A stretch of DNA of 64,000 nucleotides from Selaginella moellendorffii (Eukaryota > Plantae > Lycopodiophyta). Where the stretch lies: NCBI RefSeq assembly GCF_000143415.4, contig NW_003314341.1:522394-586393 (forward strand), written 5' to 3'. A program made the translations under genes and the position numbers. Each line of letters begins with the position of its first letter. Positions within the stretch are counted from its first letter, which is position 1. Shown here one piece after another: positions 63,325 through 64,000 of the stretch. The notes under the pieces are model-generated. The model did no database searches, was not told where the DNA came from, and saw nothing but the letters and a program-made list of their open reading frames with translations.

Positions 63325-64000
63325 ATGGCGCAGGCCAGCGCCGCCCCGGCGCTGGAGCTGGATTTCGGCTCGGCGCTGCCGAAATACGCAGGCATTGAGG
63401 AGGCGGCATCGAGCAGCGGCAGCTTTTGCGTGGATTTGGAGCTGGATCGGCAGCAGCAGCGCCAGTGCCGGATCTGTCTCGAGTGTGGAGGTGAGAATGT
63501 GTGGGAATTTCTTGAATGGAGGATTATCGGATGCTTGTTTCGTCCAGGGAGTGACTTGATCGCGCCGTGTCAATGCAAAGGGACGCAGAAGTTCGTGCAC
63601 AGATCGTGTCTGGACAATTGGAGGGCGGTCAAGGTACTCTGCTGCGCAAGAAAGCGGCATCTCTGTCTGTAAGTAGCGGTGGAAGAGATGATGGCCTGAT
63701 GGATGGAATGGTTTTCGTTTTTGTTCTTCTTTCCTGTTTCTACTAGGAAGGATTTGCTTTCTCGCATTGTACCGAGTGCCGGAGTGTGTTCCAGATGAGA
63801 GTCAACAGGCCGCCGGATCGATGGTGGCTCCGGCTCAAGTTCCAGCTGCTTGTCTGTCGAGACCACACTGTAATTTTCGTGCTCGTCCAAGTGGTAAGTA
63901 AGATCTTATCCTCTTTGTTCTTGGAGCACTCACAGCGTTTTGATGCTTCACTTCCAGGTTGTGATCTTGCTGGGCGCGCTTGTGTATGCCATCTACGGGG
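63325..64000 (+). CDS. RING-CH (MARCH-type) E3 ligase, runs off the window end
   Basis: CRICLE...LIAPCQCKGTQKFVHRSCLDNWR|EGFAFSHCTEC, followed by a hydrophobic segment. Confidence 0.9.

Overview
Eukaryotic land-plant genomic DNA. Short 50-85 nt GT-AG introns, tiny intergenic gaps, PLS-type PPR genes and a GA3ox-like gene fit a lycophyte such as Selaginella (inference). Positions 1-20 kb and 26.5-48.3 kb are retroelement territory. They hold a three-level LTR nest: an old tRNA-Ala-primed gypsy element (C), containing a non-autonomous LARD-like element (A), containing a chromodomain-bearing chromovirus (B). Also present are a solo LTR, copia fragments, PPR pseudogenes arranged as inverted repeats, and two orphan ORFs. 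Two gene islands hold RPS14, a PPR-E gene and SRP54, then GA3ox-like 2OGD, kinesin, a UGT tandem array, a glycine-rich protein, an F-box protein, an R3H/G-patch protein and a RING-CH E3 ligase. The most striking observation is that the chromovirus integrase is interrupted by two short GT-AG introns (41483-41529, 41948-41999). Their exact removal restores the conserved motifs HPQTDGQTER and KLTQRFAGPY, so active integrase would require splicing while the genomic copy stays unspliced. The chromovirus and the LARD also share a PBS variant, a PPT and a set of conserved RNA hairpins, including tRNA T-arm mimics. All calls were made by eye, without alignment or database searches.
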